From an uncultured Lachnospiraceae bacterium (GTDB taxonomy: Bacteria; Bacillota; Clostridia; Lachnospirales; Lachnospiraceae), in contig CADAQV010000001.1 in the NCBI GenBank assembly GCA_902790095.1, positions 1 to 36,976 of the forward strand: a stretch of DNA of 36,976 bases. Direction: 5' to 3'. A program made the translations under genes and the position numbers. Of this stretch, positions 18,091-27,722 are shown in pieces. The notes beneath the pieces are model-generated. The model ran no database searches and was not told where the DNA came from. It saw only the letters and a list, made by a program, of their open reading frames with translations. Each line of letters opens with the position of its first letter. The first letter of the stretch is position 1.

Positions 18091-19335
18091 CTATCCTCTG
18101 AACAGTTTTAAAAATACCGCTCTTGAGTTTGTTATAAATAAAAGCTCGTTGTCCTTGTCCGGATTATTCAGCTTTATTATCTCGCATTCAAGGCTTCCCG
18201 TAAAGAAAGTCTTTCCCTTGTTATTTATGAAGCTTACTGCCGAATCGCCTATAAGATAAAGGCCGTTCTTTGTCCTCAGCATGCTTTTCGCATCAAAATC
18301 CGTAGTGCGTTCAAACAGCGTGTCTCCGTTTATTCCGTAACAGAAAAGTCTGTGTTCACCGGGCTTTTCGCCGCCCGCACAGCATACCGCAAACCCGGAA
18401 GACGAATATGCTACTCCGGTGATCTTTTCATCAAAGTCAATTTCCTTCATTTCTTCGGGTGCAGTCTTGTTTTTCAGGTTATATAAAACGATCTTGCCGT
18501 CGCCGAACGCTATCGCCCGGTCATTGTTTAAAAAAGCGACATCGGCAAAAAGAGTGTCGTCGTATTTCCTGAAAGCTCCGACAACGCCGGTGGTGCTCCT
18601 TTTTTCATCAAAATTGTAAAAGACTATCTGATCCTGAGTTATTCCGCTGTCTATATAGACAAAGGATGCGACCATCATCTGTCCGTCGGGCGAAAAGGCT
18701 ATATCAAGAGGATATCCGCTCTGATTTACAAGGGTATGAATATTTATATCAAGCGTCGCACCGGTATTATTGTAAAAATATATGGTGTTTGAAAGCTCCT
18801 CCTCAAGAAGAAGCGCTGCAACGCCGTAGTCCGACACCGTCGCTTTGGTTATCATTGCCGGTGCGGTCATTTTTCCGGTAAGCCCGGTATCCTTTGAAAG
18901 TATAACGGCCGATTTTGCGCCGCGGTCAAAAATGACTGCATACCCCGAAGAACAGATGGCCTCCGGGTTGTTCATGGAATAGCTTGCCGCCCATGTGGTC
19001 TTGTTTTCGGCGGTATAATAGTTTGCGCCCTGGGTGCCGTACTGCAGTATTCCTCCGGCAAAATCAACATATCTCATGTCTGCGGAAGTTAAGATCTGCT
19101 GTTCCCACTCCACGCCTATGGAGGTGTAGCTCTCCGTCCTTCTTATAACCAGAAGGTATACCATAACACCTATCACGACCAGAAACAAAAGCGAGATGCC
19201 AAGTCTGCTCAATATCTTATGCTTCTTGACCTTCCTGACATATCCGTCGTCTTCGCCGTATCCTTCTGCTCTGTCCCGAAGAGCCGCATCGAAGGATACT
19301 ATTCTGGAATTATTCTTTTTTTTATCGTCTTCCAT
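18091..19335 (-). CDS. Uncharacterised membrane-anchored beta-rich (propeller-like) protein, DUF5711-like
   Basis: 414 aa. Short cytoplasmic N-terminus, one TM ([20 protein letters not shown]), then about 340 aa of repetitive beta-strand-type sequence. The family name is from memory and unverified. Its stop is 8 nt before galE. Confidence 0.7.
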   Translation of the reverse strand: MEDDKKKNNSRIVSFDAALRDRAEGYGEDDGYVRKVKKHKILSRLGISLLFLVVIGVMVYLLVIRRTESYTSIGVEWEQQILTSADMRYVDFAGGILQYGTQGANYYTAENKTTWAASYSMNNPEAICSSGYAVIFDRGAKSAVILSKDTGLTGKMTAPAMITKATVSDYGVAALLLEEELSNTIYFYNNTGATLDINIHTLVNQSGYPLDIAFSPDGQMMVASFVYIDSGITQDQIVFYNFDEKRSTTGVVGAFRKYDDTLFADVAFLNNDRAIAFGDGKIVLYNLKNKTAPEEMKEIDFDEKITGVAYSSSGFAVCCAGGEKPGEHRLFCYGINGDTLFERTTDFDAKSMLRTKNGLYLIGDSAVSFINNKGKTFFTGSLECEIIKLNNPDKDNELLFITNSRAVFLKLFRG

Positions 19336-19361
19336 CTTTCCTCCGATGAATGTCTTTTATC

Positions 19362-20453
19362 TTAAAAAACGTGACCGTTGTACATATTTACTGCCTCTGC
19401 AAGGGATGACGGATGTTTGTCCTCCGCCACCTTCATGATACCCTCTATCCGGTCGGATGTGAGATTTTCCTCTCCGAGTCTCGGAGCATACTCCTGCAGT
19501 GCCTTTGCATTAAGGCTTTTAACATACTTTTCGGCCTTTAAAAGCACTTCTTTCCGCTCTGAAAGGTTCTCCTCTGTCTTTTCAAGCTCCTCATCATATC
19601 CCATTTTGATCTCGTCGGATATGATACCTGCGGTCACATTGTCAAAGTTTTCAAGGGCTTCGTCCCTTTTTCTTGTTACCTCGTCCCTGTATGCTTCCGC
19701 TTTTGCGATATCGTAATTGAAATCGTCAAGATGGTAGTATTCTTCATTCTCATCCGTCATGATGGCAGACTGAATATTTTTGATCTCCTTGCGATTTTCC
19801 TTGATAGACATTGCCCTGGCATTTATTTCTTCAAGAATGTCTTTCTTTGGAATGCATACTGTCATGTGAACGATCATATATTCGCCCATAAACAAAAGAC
19901 CGGCTATCAGAAATACGATCATCTGAACCACATCCGAAAGATCGTACATGAAATGCATTATGAGAAACGGTATGACGAATACTATCAATGCCATCGAAAG
20001 AAGCACCCACACATAATCAAGTGGCTTTTGCGGCAGAAAAATGTGGTAGAACCAGTTTTTTGCGTAAATACCCGAGACCTGCGCATCCGCAAGCGCCGCC
20101 TTCTGCTCCTTTTCAAGCGATGCGGTCACCTTTCTGAGGCCTGCCGTCTCGCGCATTATCCTTTCTTTTCTTCCCGCATTCCTTGCAGCCTCTTTTTTCT
20201 CCTGAAGGCCTTTAAGTTCTCTGTTTGCTTCCTGTATCCGGCCCTTAAAACCTGCCGCAAGCTCATCGCGTCTCTTTTTTACGCTGATGTTTATTTCGTC
20301 GGTCATTGCCTTTTTCACGGAATTCCTGTGTTTTTCAAGAGCCGTGACTTCGTCTGAAAGCTTCTGCCTTTTTTCTCTCGCCTGTTCAAGCTTGTTTACA
20401 AACTCTGCTGCCGAACCGAGATATTCATAAATATCTACATCCGGATTATCCAT
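19362..20453 (-). CDS. Uncharacterised protein: coiled coil, 3 TM segments, coiled coil
   Basis: Start moved from 20648 to ATG 20453 (MDNPDVDIYEYL), which has GGGGG 5 nt upstream. The upstream extension is Cys/Arg-rich junk. Confidence 0.7.
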   Translation of the reverse strand: MDNPDVDIYEYLGSAAEFVNKLEQAREKRQKLSDEVTALEKHRNSVKKAMTDEINISVKKRRDELAAGFKGRIQEANRELKGLQEKKEAARNAGRKERIMRETAGLRKVTASLEKEQKAALADAQVSGIYAKNWFYHIFLPQKPLDYVWVLLSMALIVFVIPFLIMHFMYDLSDVVQMIVFLIAGLLFMGEYMIVHMTVCIPKKDILEEINARAMSIKENRKEIKNIQSAIMTDENEEYYHLDDFNYDIAKAEAYRDEVTRKRDEALENFDNVTAGIISDEIKMGYDEELEKTEENLSERKEVLLKAEKYVKSLNAKALQEYAPRLGEENLTSDRIEGIMKVAEDKHPSSLAEAVNMYNGHVF

Positions 20454-20564
20454 AATTTCCCCCTCGCGCGAAGCGGCATTATCATTTGGCCGGGCTTTGT
20501 ATACAGCCCTGCGCCACGTTATATCATAGCACAATTTTTGTAATAATAAAACGGAAACTTTTAC

Positions 20565-20594
20565 TTGACCGCATGCATTGCTTACATGTATTAT
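20565..20594 (+). promoter_or_regulatory. Candidate sigma-A promoter for the 88-aa gene
   Basis: TTGACC (20565-20570), 18-nt spacer, TATTAT (20589-20594). Confidence 0.4.
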
Positions 20595-20625
20595 AGCTGA
20601 CATAACGCTCATACGGAGGATGCAC

Positions 20626-20892
20626 ATGTTTCGAATGTGGGGACACACGGTAAAAGACGGTCATACGGTAAAAAGCCTCACCATAGAAGACCCGTCGGAC
20701 AAAAACCGCACAAAAAAAGTCTTTGAGGCGCTTTCGGCAATATGCCTTTCGTTCGATCTCGCGCAGCCCCAGTGGCTCGCAGGCAATATCGCCGAGTTCA
20801 AACGGATCAGCCGCACCCGTTTTACAGCCGATTCGTTTATAGAAGAAATATCTTTCGATTATCTTGAAATACGTATCGTGGAAGAAGACTAA
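20626..20892 (+). CDS. Uncharacterised small cytoplasmic protein
   Basis: 88 aa from ATG 20626 (MFRMWGHTVKDGH), with ACGGAGGA 5-6 nt upstream. The track start at 20578 has no SD. Confidence 0.6.
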   Translation: MFRMWGHTVKDGHTVKSLTIEDPSDKNRTKKVFEALSAICLSFDLAQPQWLAGNIAEFKRISRTRFTADSFIEEISFDYLEIRIVEED

Positions 20893-20896
20893 AAAA

Positions 20897-20923
20897 AGCT
20901 GCGCATTATACGCAGCTTTTTTT
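20897..20923. terminator. Bidirectional intrinsic terminator
   Basis: AAAAAAA-AGCTGCG-CATTATA-CGCAGCT-TTTTTT between convergent genes. The T-run overlaps the GGDEF gene stop. Confidence 0.7.
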
Positions 20924-23900
20924 CAGACCACATCCATCTCCATACTGATCTTTATCTCTTTTTCTTTTCCGTTATCGGCAAGCCATCCGTCAGTGATCTT
21001 TTTCAGCCTGTCCATGCAATCGGAATTCTTCATATCCCTCATCATGACAAATATGCAGCCGGCATAGATGCTTACCACATCGTCTCTCTTAAGCTTTGTA
21101 ACGAGCTCATCGGCGATCGATTCCAAAAGATCGTCTTCGATTCTTTTGCCGCCTGATGCCGGGACAATACGGAAAAACGCGGTGTCATTCCCCTTCATGC
21201 GGTCATCCCTGCTAAGGAAGCGGTATATGACCTGCATTTTTTCGAAGGTTATGCGGTATGCCCCTTTGCCCTCGTTTCTTTCAGAGATGATCTTCTTTAT
21301 CTGCTCTAAGTTATTCTTGTTATCCCAGTCCTTATCATCGTCCTTTTCGCTGCCGCTCTTTTCATAAAAGGCATAGCCGTGCTTTCCGTTCTGTTTTACG
21401 GAATAGAGCGCCTTGTCGGCCTTTCTGAAAAGATCATCGTAATCTCCGCCGGGTCCTGTTATCTTTACGGCTCCAAGGGATGCGCCAAGGGGTATGTTCA
21501 TTCCTTCGCCCATATATTCCTTGGCAGATCTTACTATACCGGCGTTAAGTGCCCTGCAAAGTCTTTCGACCGCCTCTTCATCCAGGGTATCCTTTAAAAA
21601 GGCCATGAACTCATCCCCGCCAAGCCTTCCGGCCATATCTTCCTCGCGAATGTTTTCTTTTATAAGCTCCGCAAAGCGTATAAGCACTTTGTCTCCCATG
21701 TCATGCCCATAGATATCGTTTACAAGCTTGAAGCTGTCAAGGTCTATCATCACGAGCATTCCTGTCTCTTTTTCACAGGCCTCTCCTATCAGTCTATTCG
21801 CTCCCGCTTTGTTTAATATTCCCGTCATGGGGTCTGTGATCATCTCATTTTTAAGCTCTCTTATCGACTTTGCCCTGCTTTGCATGGTGTAGAACAGCCA
21901 GACAAGATAAAAAGCCATATACCCCAGCACAAATATGATATAAGCTCTGAAATACCACAGCTCATACATCTGTGCCAGCTTTTCAACATCTATTATTTCT
22001 TCTTTTATTATCTCCGAAGAATTATCGTCAAGGACTTGGATATGCAGCTTATATTTTCCCTGGGGCAGATTGGTAAATGACAGCGGGAATATCTCATCCT
22101 GCAGACAGAGTATCCCGTCATCCCCCGACCCCTCAAGATAATATCTTATGCGGGGATTTGAGAATGTGTAATTATTCACGGCGATGTTAAAAACGATACG
22201 CCCGGGCACGGCAGGTATCGTCACCTTTCCGTCTTTCGGATACACTGTTCCGCCGTCATAAACTACCTCTTTCAGATGCATCTTAAAATCGGATATCTCG
22301 ACCTTTACATGCTGTCTTTCAAGGGCCCTTGCACCGTCCACGCACGCGAGATAAAAAACTCCGTCCTTATATTCGTTCTTCGCGTTTGCCTTAAGTCTTC
22401 CCGTAAGACCCCAGTCCACATTCATAAGCGTGTAGTTTAGTACATTGTTTTCCAAAAGCTCTTTTTCAGGCAGAGAATAAAGCCCGGCGCTCGATGTGAC
22501 ATATGCGTTTCCCTCCCCGTCAAACAGGATATCATAATTGTCATTATGCGGAAATGTATCTATATTCTTTATTTCATTTCCGTTATCGAAAAACAGCGCA
22601 TTCCCCGTGACATAGATATATCCCTCACTGCACGGCTTTATCTGCAGAATAACGCCCGATGTAAGGCCTTCCGTTTTGCCTATATTTCCTGCGATCTTTC
22701 CGTTTTTGATGATATATATTCCGTCTCCGTCGGAACCTGCAAGAATGCTTCCGTCTTCTCTTTCCGCCGCGCAAAGGATCGTGGTATTGCTCATGCCTTC
22801 TTCTTTGCCTATGACCTGCACTTCCGTATCGCCGTCAAAAAACACAAGTCCTTCTCCGTTGGAGGATACGGCGACCTTTCCGTCGGAAAGTTCAAGCGCG
22901 AACCTGCATTTTCTGTACGTGCCGTCTTTCTGTCTGTTTGACAGATATTTGATCTCTCCGTCAGTGCAGACTTTCATGATGGCATTTGACGAATAGGTCG
23001 ATAACCACAGATTCCCTTTCGAATCCTCCATGACATCCCTTATCCTGTACCCTGATACATCCGTCGTAAGACCGTTCGTCACCGGCTCGTTTGTAAGGGT
23101 GTCGATTATGATAAGCCCTTTGTCGGAAGCCATATAAAGGCGATCATCTTTTTTAATTATGGCATTTACCGTCTGGCTTTCTATACCTGCCGCTTTAAGC
23201 AGATTGAGAAAAGGGGTCCTTGAGCACTTGATGACCCCCTGACTCTTTGACAGCAGCCAGATATTCCCCTGATAATCCATAAGTGCATCTTCTATGGAAA
23301 AATCAAGATTGTTTGCCATAAGGTTTTCTCTTGTATTAAAATCAAGATATCCCACGCCTTCTTTTGAACAGACGATCAGCCCGTTCGCGCCGGACGGATG
23401 TATGAGTTCGACCACATTGTTTATACCAAGGGAAAACCTTCCCCGGCAGGCATAGATGTCTCCCTCTTTTTTATACTGAACGATAAGGTCGCCCGTGGTT
23501 CCGACATATATCTGATCGTCAACTATCTCGAGACTCTTGTACCTTGTTGTCTCATCATCCTCGATATCTATTTCTTCATCAAAAATGAGCATGTCGTTTC
23601 GAATAACAAACAGCATCCCGTTTTCGGTCACTCCGATCACATCTCCTGACGGAGCAGACTTTAATGCTTCTACTGCGGTCACATCCGGCCATTTATCAAA
23701 GATCTTGATCTGTCCGTCCCTCATGATCTTTGCGACTTCTCTGTCGGTGGCGACATAAATATTTCCGTTATTATCCTCGCATATATACCTCACGGCATCG
23801 GACTTAAGTCCTCTTTCCGAGTCAAACAAAGTCCCCTCGCCGGATACAAAATCATAGCATACCACACCGCTGTCATTAGTCCCTATCCACAGCCGCTGTC

Positions 23901-24774
23901 TTGAGTCTACAAACAGTTTTCTTACATTCTTTACCGCCGGATGAAGCTGTATGTTTTCAAATCTTAGTCCATCATAACGAAACAATCCATTATAACTTCC
24001 AAGCCAAATATATCCGTCTTCCGTCTGAATGATATCAGTCACTTCCGAATCGTCAAGACCATGCTCTCTTCCGTAATAGACAATATCAAATTCAGGAAGG
24101 CTGTCCGCCGCTTTTGCTCTGCAAAGAGGAAAGACAAGCGCCGGGAGCAAAATGATGACAAGTGCGGCAGCCGCTTTTTCCTTCTTTTTTCGTCTGTCCG
24201 CTTTTTCAAAAAATTTCATCAGCGTTCCGGCAATAAAAAGAGCGGCAGTTATCGAAACGATCCTGTCCGGAAGGTCGACGAGCGCTTCGCCAAACCATAT
24301 GTTCACATTGGACACATTGACATATATATTCAGCATCTCCACCAATGCATCGCCCCAGGCGTTGCCGATGACACCTTCAAAAAAGATGATATCTATGGGT
24401 GCAGAGAAGGATGCCGCGATAAGACCTTCGAGCATGGCGATGGAAATGACCTCAAGCCTGCTTCCTTTTGGAAGGCGCGGATAGATATATCCCGTCATTA
24501 CGCCCGTTATAAAGCCTATTCCGATGTAATATATGACATTTTTGTCGAGCAGCACCAAAAACAGCGATGTAACAAGCCCGCAGACTCCGCCGAATATAGG
24601 CCCGAGTATTATGCCCGACATCATGGTTCCGATAGTATCGAGCCAGAAAGGCAGCTTAAGAGCTCCAGCAAGATATCTTCCCCCGAAGTTTATGAGTATA
24701 CACGAAAGTATCAGGATTATCTTCCACGAGACCGCTTTGTTCTGCCCCGGATATATGATCGTCTTTTTATTCAT
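20923..24774 (-). CDS. Multidomain diguanylate cyclase (polytopic membrane module, extracytoplasmic beta-propeller/Y_Y_Y sensor, TM, GGDEF, C-terminal extension)
   Basis: 1283 aa. GGDEF signature RLGGDEFMAFL with an RxxD I-site (REED) 5 residues upstream. Long repeat region typical of two-component-regulator propellers (NGNIYVAT, GNLWLST, DGYIWLGS). About 190-aa N-terminal multi-TM module. Confidence 0.9.
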   Translation of the reverse strand: MNKKTIIYPGQNKAVSWKIILILSCILINFGGRYLAGALKLPFWLDTIGTMMSGIILGPIFGGVCGLVTSLFLVLLDKNVIYYIGIGFITGVMTGYIYPRLPKGSRLEVISIAMLEGLIAASFSAPIDIIFFEGVIGNAWGDALVEMLNIYVNVSNVNIWFGEALVDLPDRIVSITAALFIAGTLMKFFEKADRRKKKEKAAAALVIILLPALVFPLCRAKAADSLPEFDIVYYGREHGLDDSEVTDIIQTEDGYIWLGSYNGLFRYDGLRFENIQLHPAVKNVRKLFVDSRQRLWIGTNDSGVVCYDFVSGEGTLFDSERGLKSDAVRYICEDNNGNIYVATDREVAKIMRDGQIKIFDKWPDVTAVEALKSAPSGDVIGVTENGMLFVIRNDMLIFDEEIDIEDDETTRYKSLEIVDDQIYVGTTGDLIVQYKKEGDIYACRGRFSLGINNVVELIHPSGANGLIVCSKEGVGYLDFNTRENLMANNLDFSIEDALMDYQGNIWLLSKSQGVIKCSRTPFLNLLKAAGIESQTVNAIIKKDDRLYMASDKGLIIIDTLTNEPVTNGLTTDVSGYRIRDVMEDSKGNLWLSTYSSNAIMKVCTDGEIKYLSNRQKDGTYRKCRFALELSDGKVAVSSNGEGLVFFDGDTEVQVIGKEEGMSNTTILCAAEREDGSILAGSDGDGIYIIKNGKIAGNIGKTEGLTSGVILQIKPCSEGYIYVTGNALFFDNGNEIKNIDTFPHNDNYDILFDGEGNAYVTSSAGLYSLPEKELLENNVLNYTLMNVDWGLTGRLKANAKNEYKDGVFYLACVDGARALERQHVKVEISDFKMHLKEVVYDGGTVYPKDGKVTIPAVPGRIVFNIAVNNYTFSNPRIRYYLEGSGDDGILCLQDEIFPLSFTNLPQGKYKLHIQVLDDNSSEIIKEEIIDVEKLAQMYELWYFRAYIIFVLGYMAFYLVWLFYTMQSRAKSIRELKNEMITDPMTGILNKAGANRLIGEACEKETGMLVMIDLDSFKLVNDIYGHDMGDKVLIRFAELIKENIREEDMAGRLGGDEFMAFLKDTLDEEAVERLCRALNAGIVRSAKEYMGEGMNIPLGASLGAVKITGPGGDYDDLFRKADKALYSVKQNGKHGYAFYEKSGSEKDDDKDWDNKNNLEQIKKIISERNEGKGAYRITFEKMQVIYRFLSRDDRMKGNDTAFFRIVPASGGKRIEDDLLESIADELVTKLKRDDVVSIYAGCIFVMMRDMKNSDCMDRLKKITDGWLADNGKEKEIKISMEMDVV

Positions 24775-24800
24775 TGCACGTACTTTGCCTATTCTTGTGT

Positions 24801-24841
24801 AAAAAAAGGGCCGCCGAAGCCAATATGCTTTCGGCGGTCCC
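24801..24841 (-). terminator. pgi intrinsic terminator
   Basis: On the minus strand: GGGACCGCCGAA-(loop)-TTCGGCGGCCC followed by T7. Confidence 0.7.
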
Positions 24842-24857
24842 GTTTCAGGTCACTGAT

Positions 24858-26207
24858 CTATCTGAGTCTTCTTAACAAGTGGTCTCTGTCCTGCTCATAT
24901 CCGGGCTTTCCGAGGAGCGCAAACATATTTCTCTTGTAGCTTTCAACACCGGGCTGATTGAAGGGATTTACACCTATCATGTAACCGCTGATGCCGCATG
25001 CGAACATATAGATATAGAAAAGCTCGCCAAGGTAGTATGCAGACTGCTCAGGGATATGCATGATAAAGTTGGCGACGTTACCATCCGTATGTGCGAGGAT
25101 AGTACCCTGCATAGCACTCTTGTTGACAAAATCCATGTCCTTTCCGGCAAGATAGTTGAGACCGTCGAGATCTACGTCTTCTTTTCCGATGGTAACGGTC
25201 TTCTTGGGTTTGTCGATCCAAAGAACCGTTTCGAACATTATCCTGCTTCCGTCCTGGATGAACTGTCCCATGGAATGCAGGTCTGTGGTGAAATCGCATG
25301 CAGCGGGCATAATGCCTCTGTGGTCTTTTCCTTCAGACTCGCCGAAAAGCTGCTTCCACCATTCGGCCACATAGTGAAGAGAAGGCTCATAATTGCATGT
25401 TATCTCGACATTCTTGCCGCGAAGGTTCATTATGAAACGGGCTGCGGCATACTGCATTGCAGAGTTCTGAGGGAACTGCTTCTTAAGACAGATCTCTCTT
25501 GCTGCAGCCGCACCATCCATAAGCTCCTGGATATCAACGCCCGAAACAGCGATGGGAAGAAGACCTACAGCCGTAAGTACGGAGAATCTTCCGCCTACAT
25601 CATCCGGAACAACAAAGGATTCATATCCTTTTTCCTTTGCCAGGTTCTTAAGAGCTCCCTTTGCCTTATCGGTGGTCGCATAAATTCGCTTTGCAGCTTC
25701 TTCTTCACCGTATTTTTCCTCGAGCATCTTCTTAAATACTCTGAAGGCAATTGCCGGTTCTGTTGTGGTTCCCGACTTTGAGATAACGTTTACGGAAAAA
25801 TCTCTGTCGCCGATAAGCTCGACAAGGTCTGAAAGATAGTTGCCGCTTATGCTGTTGCCTGCGAAATATATCTCGGGTGTTTTTCTCTGTTCTTTAGTGA
25901 GATTGTTGTAGAATGTATGATTTAAGAATTCGATGGCTGCCCTTGCGCCAAGGTATGAGCCTCCTATACCGATGACTACGAGTACATCGGAATCCGACTG
26001 GATCTTTGCAGCTGCCTTTTTAATGCGCTCAAATTCATCCTTGTCATAGTTAACGGGAAGGTCCACCCATCCGAGGAAATCACTTCCTGCACCCATCTTT
26101 GAAAGCAGAGTCGTTTTAGCGGTCTCTGTCAGCAGCATCATGTTTGTCATCTCTGTGTCGCTGACATACCTGCCTGCTTTGGAATAATCAAAATATACGT
26201 CCTTCAT
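24858..26207 (-). CDS. pgi: Glucose-6-phosphate isomerase
   Basis: Start moved to ATG 26207 ([11 protein letters not shown]), which has AAAGGGG upstream. About 449 aa, Firmicute-type PGI with [13 protein letters not shown]. Confidence 0.95.
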   Translation of the reverse strand: MKDVYFDYSKAGRYVSDTEMTNMMLLTETAKTTLLSKMGAGSDFLGWVDLPVNYDKDEFERIKKAAAKIQSDSDVLVVIGIGGSYLGARAAIEFLNHTFYNNLTKEQRKTPEIYFAGNSISGNYLSDLVELIGDRDFSVNVISKSGTTTEPAIAFRVFKKMLEEKYGEEEAAKRIYATTDKAKGALKNLAKEKGYESFVVPDDVGGRFSVLTAVGLLPIAVSGVDIQELMDGAAAAREICLKKQFPQNSAMQYAAARFIMNLRGKNVEITCNYEPSLHYVAEWWKQLFGESEGKDHRGIMPAACDFTTDLHSMGQFIQDGSRIMFETVLWIDKPKKTVTIGKEDVDLDGLNYLAGKDMDFVNKSAMQGTILAHTDGNVANFIMHIPEQSAYYLGELFYIYMFACGISGYMIGVNPFNQPGVESYKRNMFALLGKPGYEQDRDHLLRRLR

Positions 26208-26290
26208 TTTATGCCCCTTTCTTACTTTGCATATAAAAGCATTATATAACAAAAAGGTGCTGATTTTCAACAGTTTTTTCCCGTGTCATA

Positions 26291-26319
26291 TTGACATTCT
26301 GCTAATAGTTTTATAAAAT
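26291..26319 (+). promoter_or_regulatory. Candidate sigma-A promoter for murG
   Basis: TTGACA (26291-26296), 17-nt spacer, TAAAAT (26314-26319), 36 nt upstream of the ATG. Confidence 0.5.
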
Positions 26320-26354
26320 ATTGTGAGTTTTATTCAGTCAAAAAGGACATTGCC

Positions 26355-27434
26355 ATGAAGAAAATAATCCTGACAGGCGGAGGTACCGCAGGTCATGTCA
26401 CGCCGAATCTGGCACTCATACCGCATCTTAGAAAAGCCGGATATGACATCTTATACATCGGCTCATACGAAGGGATAGAAAAAAAGCTTCTTTGGGAGGC
26501 CGGAGTTAACTATAAGGGTATCTCCACCGGCAAATTCAGAAGGTATCTTTCCTTAAAGAACCTTTCGGATCCTTTCCGTGTCCTAAAGGGAAAGCGCCAG
26601 GCAAAAAAGATAATAAAGGAATACAGGCCGGATGTTTTGTTTTCCAAGGGCGGTTTTGTTGCCGTGCCCGTTGTAAGGGCCGCAAAAAAGTATCATGTTC
26701 CGATAATCATACATGAGTCCGACATGACGCCCGGCCTTGCAAACAAACTCTGCTATTCGGCCGCACAGAAGGTATGCTGCAATTTCCCCGAGACTCTTAA
26801 GTCTCTTCCCGAAAAGAAGGCCGTCTTAAGCGGCTCGCCGATAAGAGATGAGCTTCTTACAGGAAGCAGGGAAAAAGGACTAGCGTTCACCGGCCTTACA
26901 GGCAATAAGCCTGTTATAATGATGATGGGCGGAAGCCTCGGCTCTCGTATAATAAACGAAAACTTAAGAAAAGCCCTACCTCTTCTTTTGCCGGATTTTG
27001 ACATCGTGCATCTTTGCGGCAAGGGAAATCTTGATGAATCATTAAAAAGCACGCCCGGTTATGTTCAGTTTGAATATGTAAGTGCGGGCCTTAACGATCT
27101 TTTTGCCCTTGCGGACATAGTCCTTTCAAGGGCGGGTGCAAACTCTATCTGCGAGCTTTTGTCTTTAAGGCTTCCGAATCTTTTGGTGCCGCTTTCGGCC
27201 CAGGTGAGCCGCGGAGACCAGATACTCAATGCCGACTCATTTAAAAAGCAGGGCTTTTCGGCCGTTCTTTGCGAAGAGGACATGACTCCCGAAACATTAA
27301 ACGCTGCCCTTAGGGATCTTTATTCAAACCGTCAGGCATACATAAAGGCAATGGAAGGCAGCGATCTCGGAAACGGCGTTAAGACCGTTATGGGACTTAT
27401 CAATTCACTTTCCGGCGCAGGCCGCGCCGATTAA
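26355..27434 (+). CDS. murG: Undecaprenyldiphospho-muramoylpentapeptide beta-N-acetylglucosaminyltransferase
   Basis: 359 aa. N-terminal GGGTAGHVTPNLAL loop and C-terminal SRAGANSICE typical of MurG. Confidence 0.95.
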   Translation: MKKIILTGGGTAGHVTPNLALIPHLRKAGYDILYIGSYEGIEKKLLWEAGVNYKGISTGKFRRYLSLKNLSDPFRVLKGKRQAKKIIKEYRPDVLFSKGGFVAVPVVRAAKKYHVPIIIHESDMTPGLANKLCYSAAQKVCCNFPETLKSLPEKKAVLSGSPIRDELLTGSREKGLAFTGLTGNKPVIMMMGGSLGSRIINENLRKALPLLLPDFDIVHLCGKGNLDESLKSTPGYVQFEYVSAGLNDLFALADIVLSRAGANSICELLSLRLPNLLVPLSAQVSRGDQILNADSFKKQGFSAVLCEEDMTPETLNAALRDLYSNRQAYIKAMEGSDLGNGVKTVMGLINSLSGAGRAD

Positions 27435-27443
27435 GGAGAACAA

Positions 27444-27719
27444 ATGGATCTTATAAAAAAAGCTTTATGTATCATAGCATGTCTTACACTTGCATTTGCC
27501 CCGCTGCTCGCCGCGTCAAATACCGCTTATGCAGCACCTGACTCTGCTCAGGCCACCACAGAGGCCGTTTCCGAAGCCGAAACGACCGGTGAGGAGGACG
27601 GCGGCTTTAACCTTACGATCTTTATGGTCGCCGTGATCCTTTTGATCATCGTTGTTGTGGCTATAGTTGCCGCAGTGGTCACTACGACCACTCTCCCGAT
27701 CATCGAATATTTCGAATAG
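27444..27719 (+). CDS. Uncharacterised small exported/membrane protein
   Basis: 91 aa. AAGGAGAA SD 9 nt after the murG stop. Signal peptide ending AYA-AP, an acidic T/E-rich linker, and a C-terminal TM (IFMVAVILLIIVVVAIVAAVV). Confidence 0.6.
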   Translation: MDLIKKALCIIACLTLAFAPLLAASNTAYAAPDSAQATTEAVSEAETTGEEDGGFNLTIFMVAVILLIIVVVAIVAAVVTTTTLPIIEYFE

Positions 27720-27722
27720 GAT

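Noticed and set aside
27444-27722. A hidden Flp-type pilin on the minus strand downstream of the tadC-like gene.
   Set aside because: The only minus-strand ORF there (52 aa, MIGRVVVVTTAATIATTT...) has no SD and no Flp motif. It is the mirror image of the well-supported plus-strand gene.
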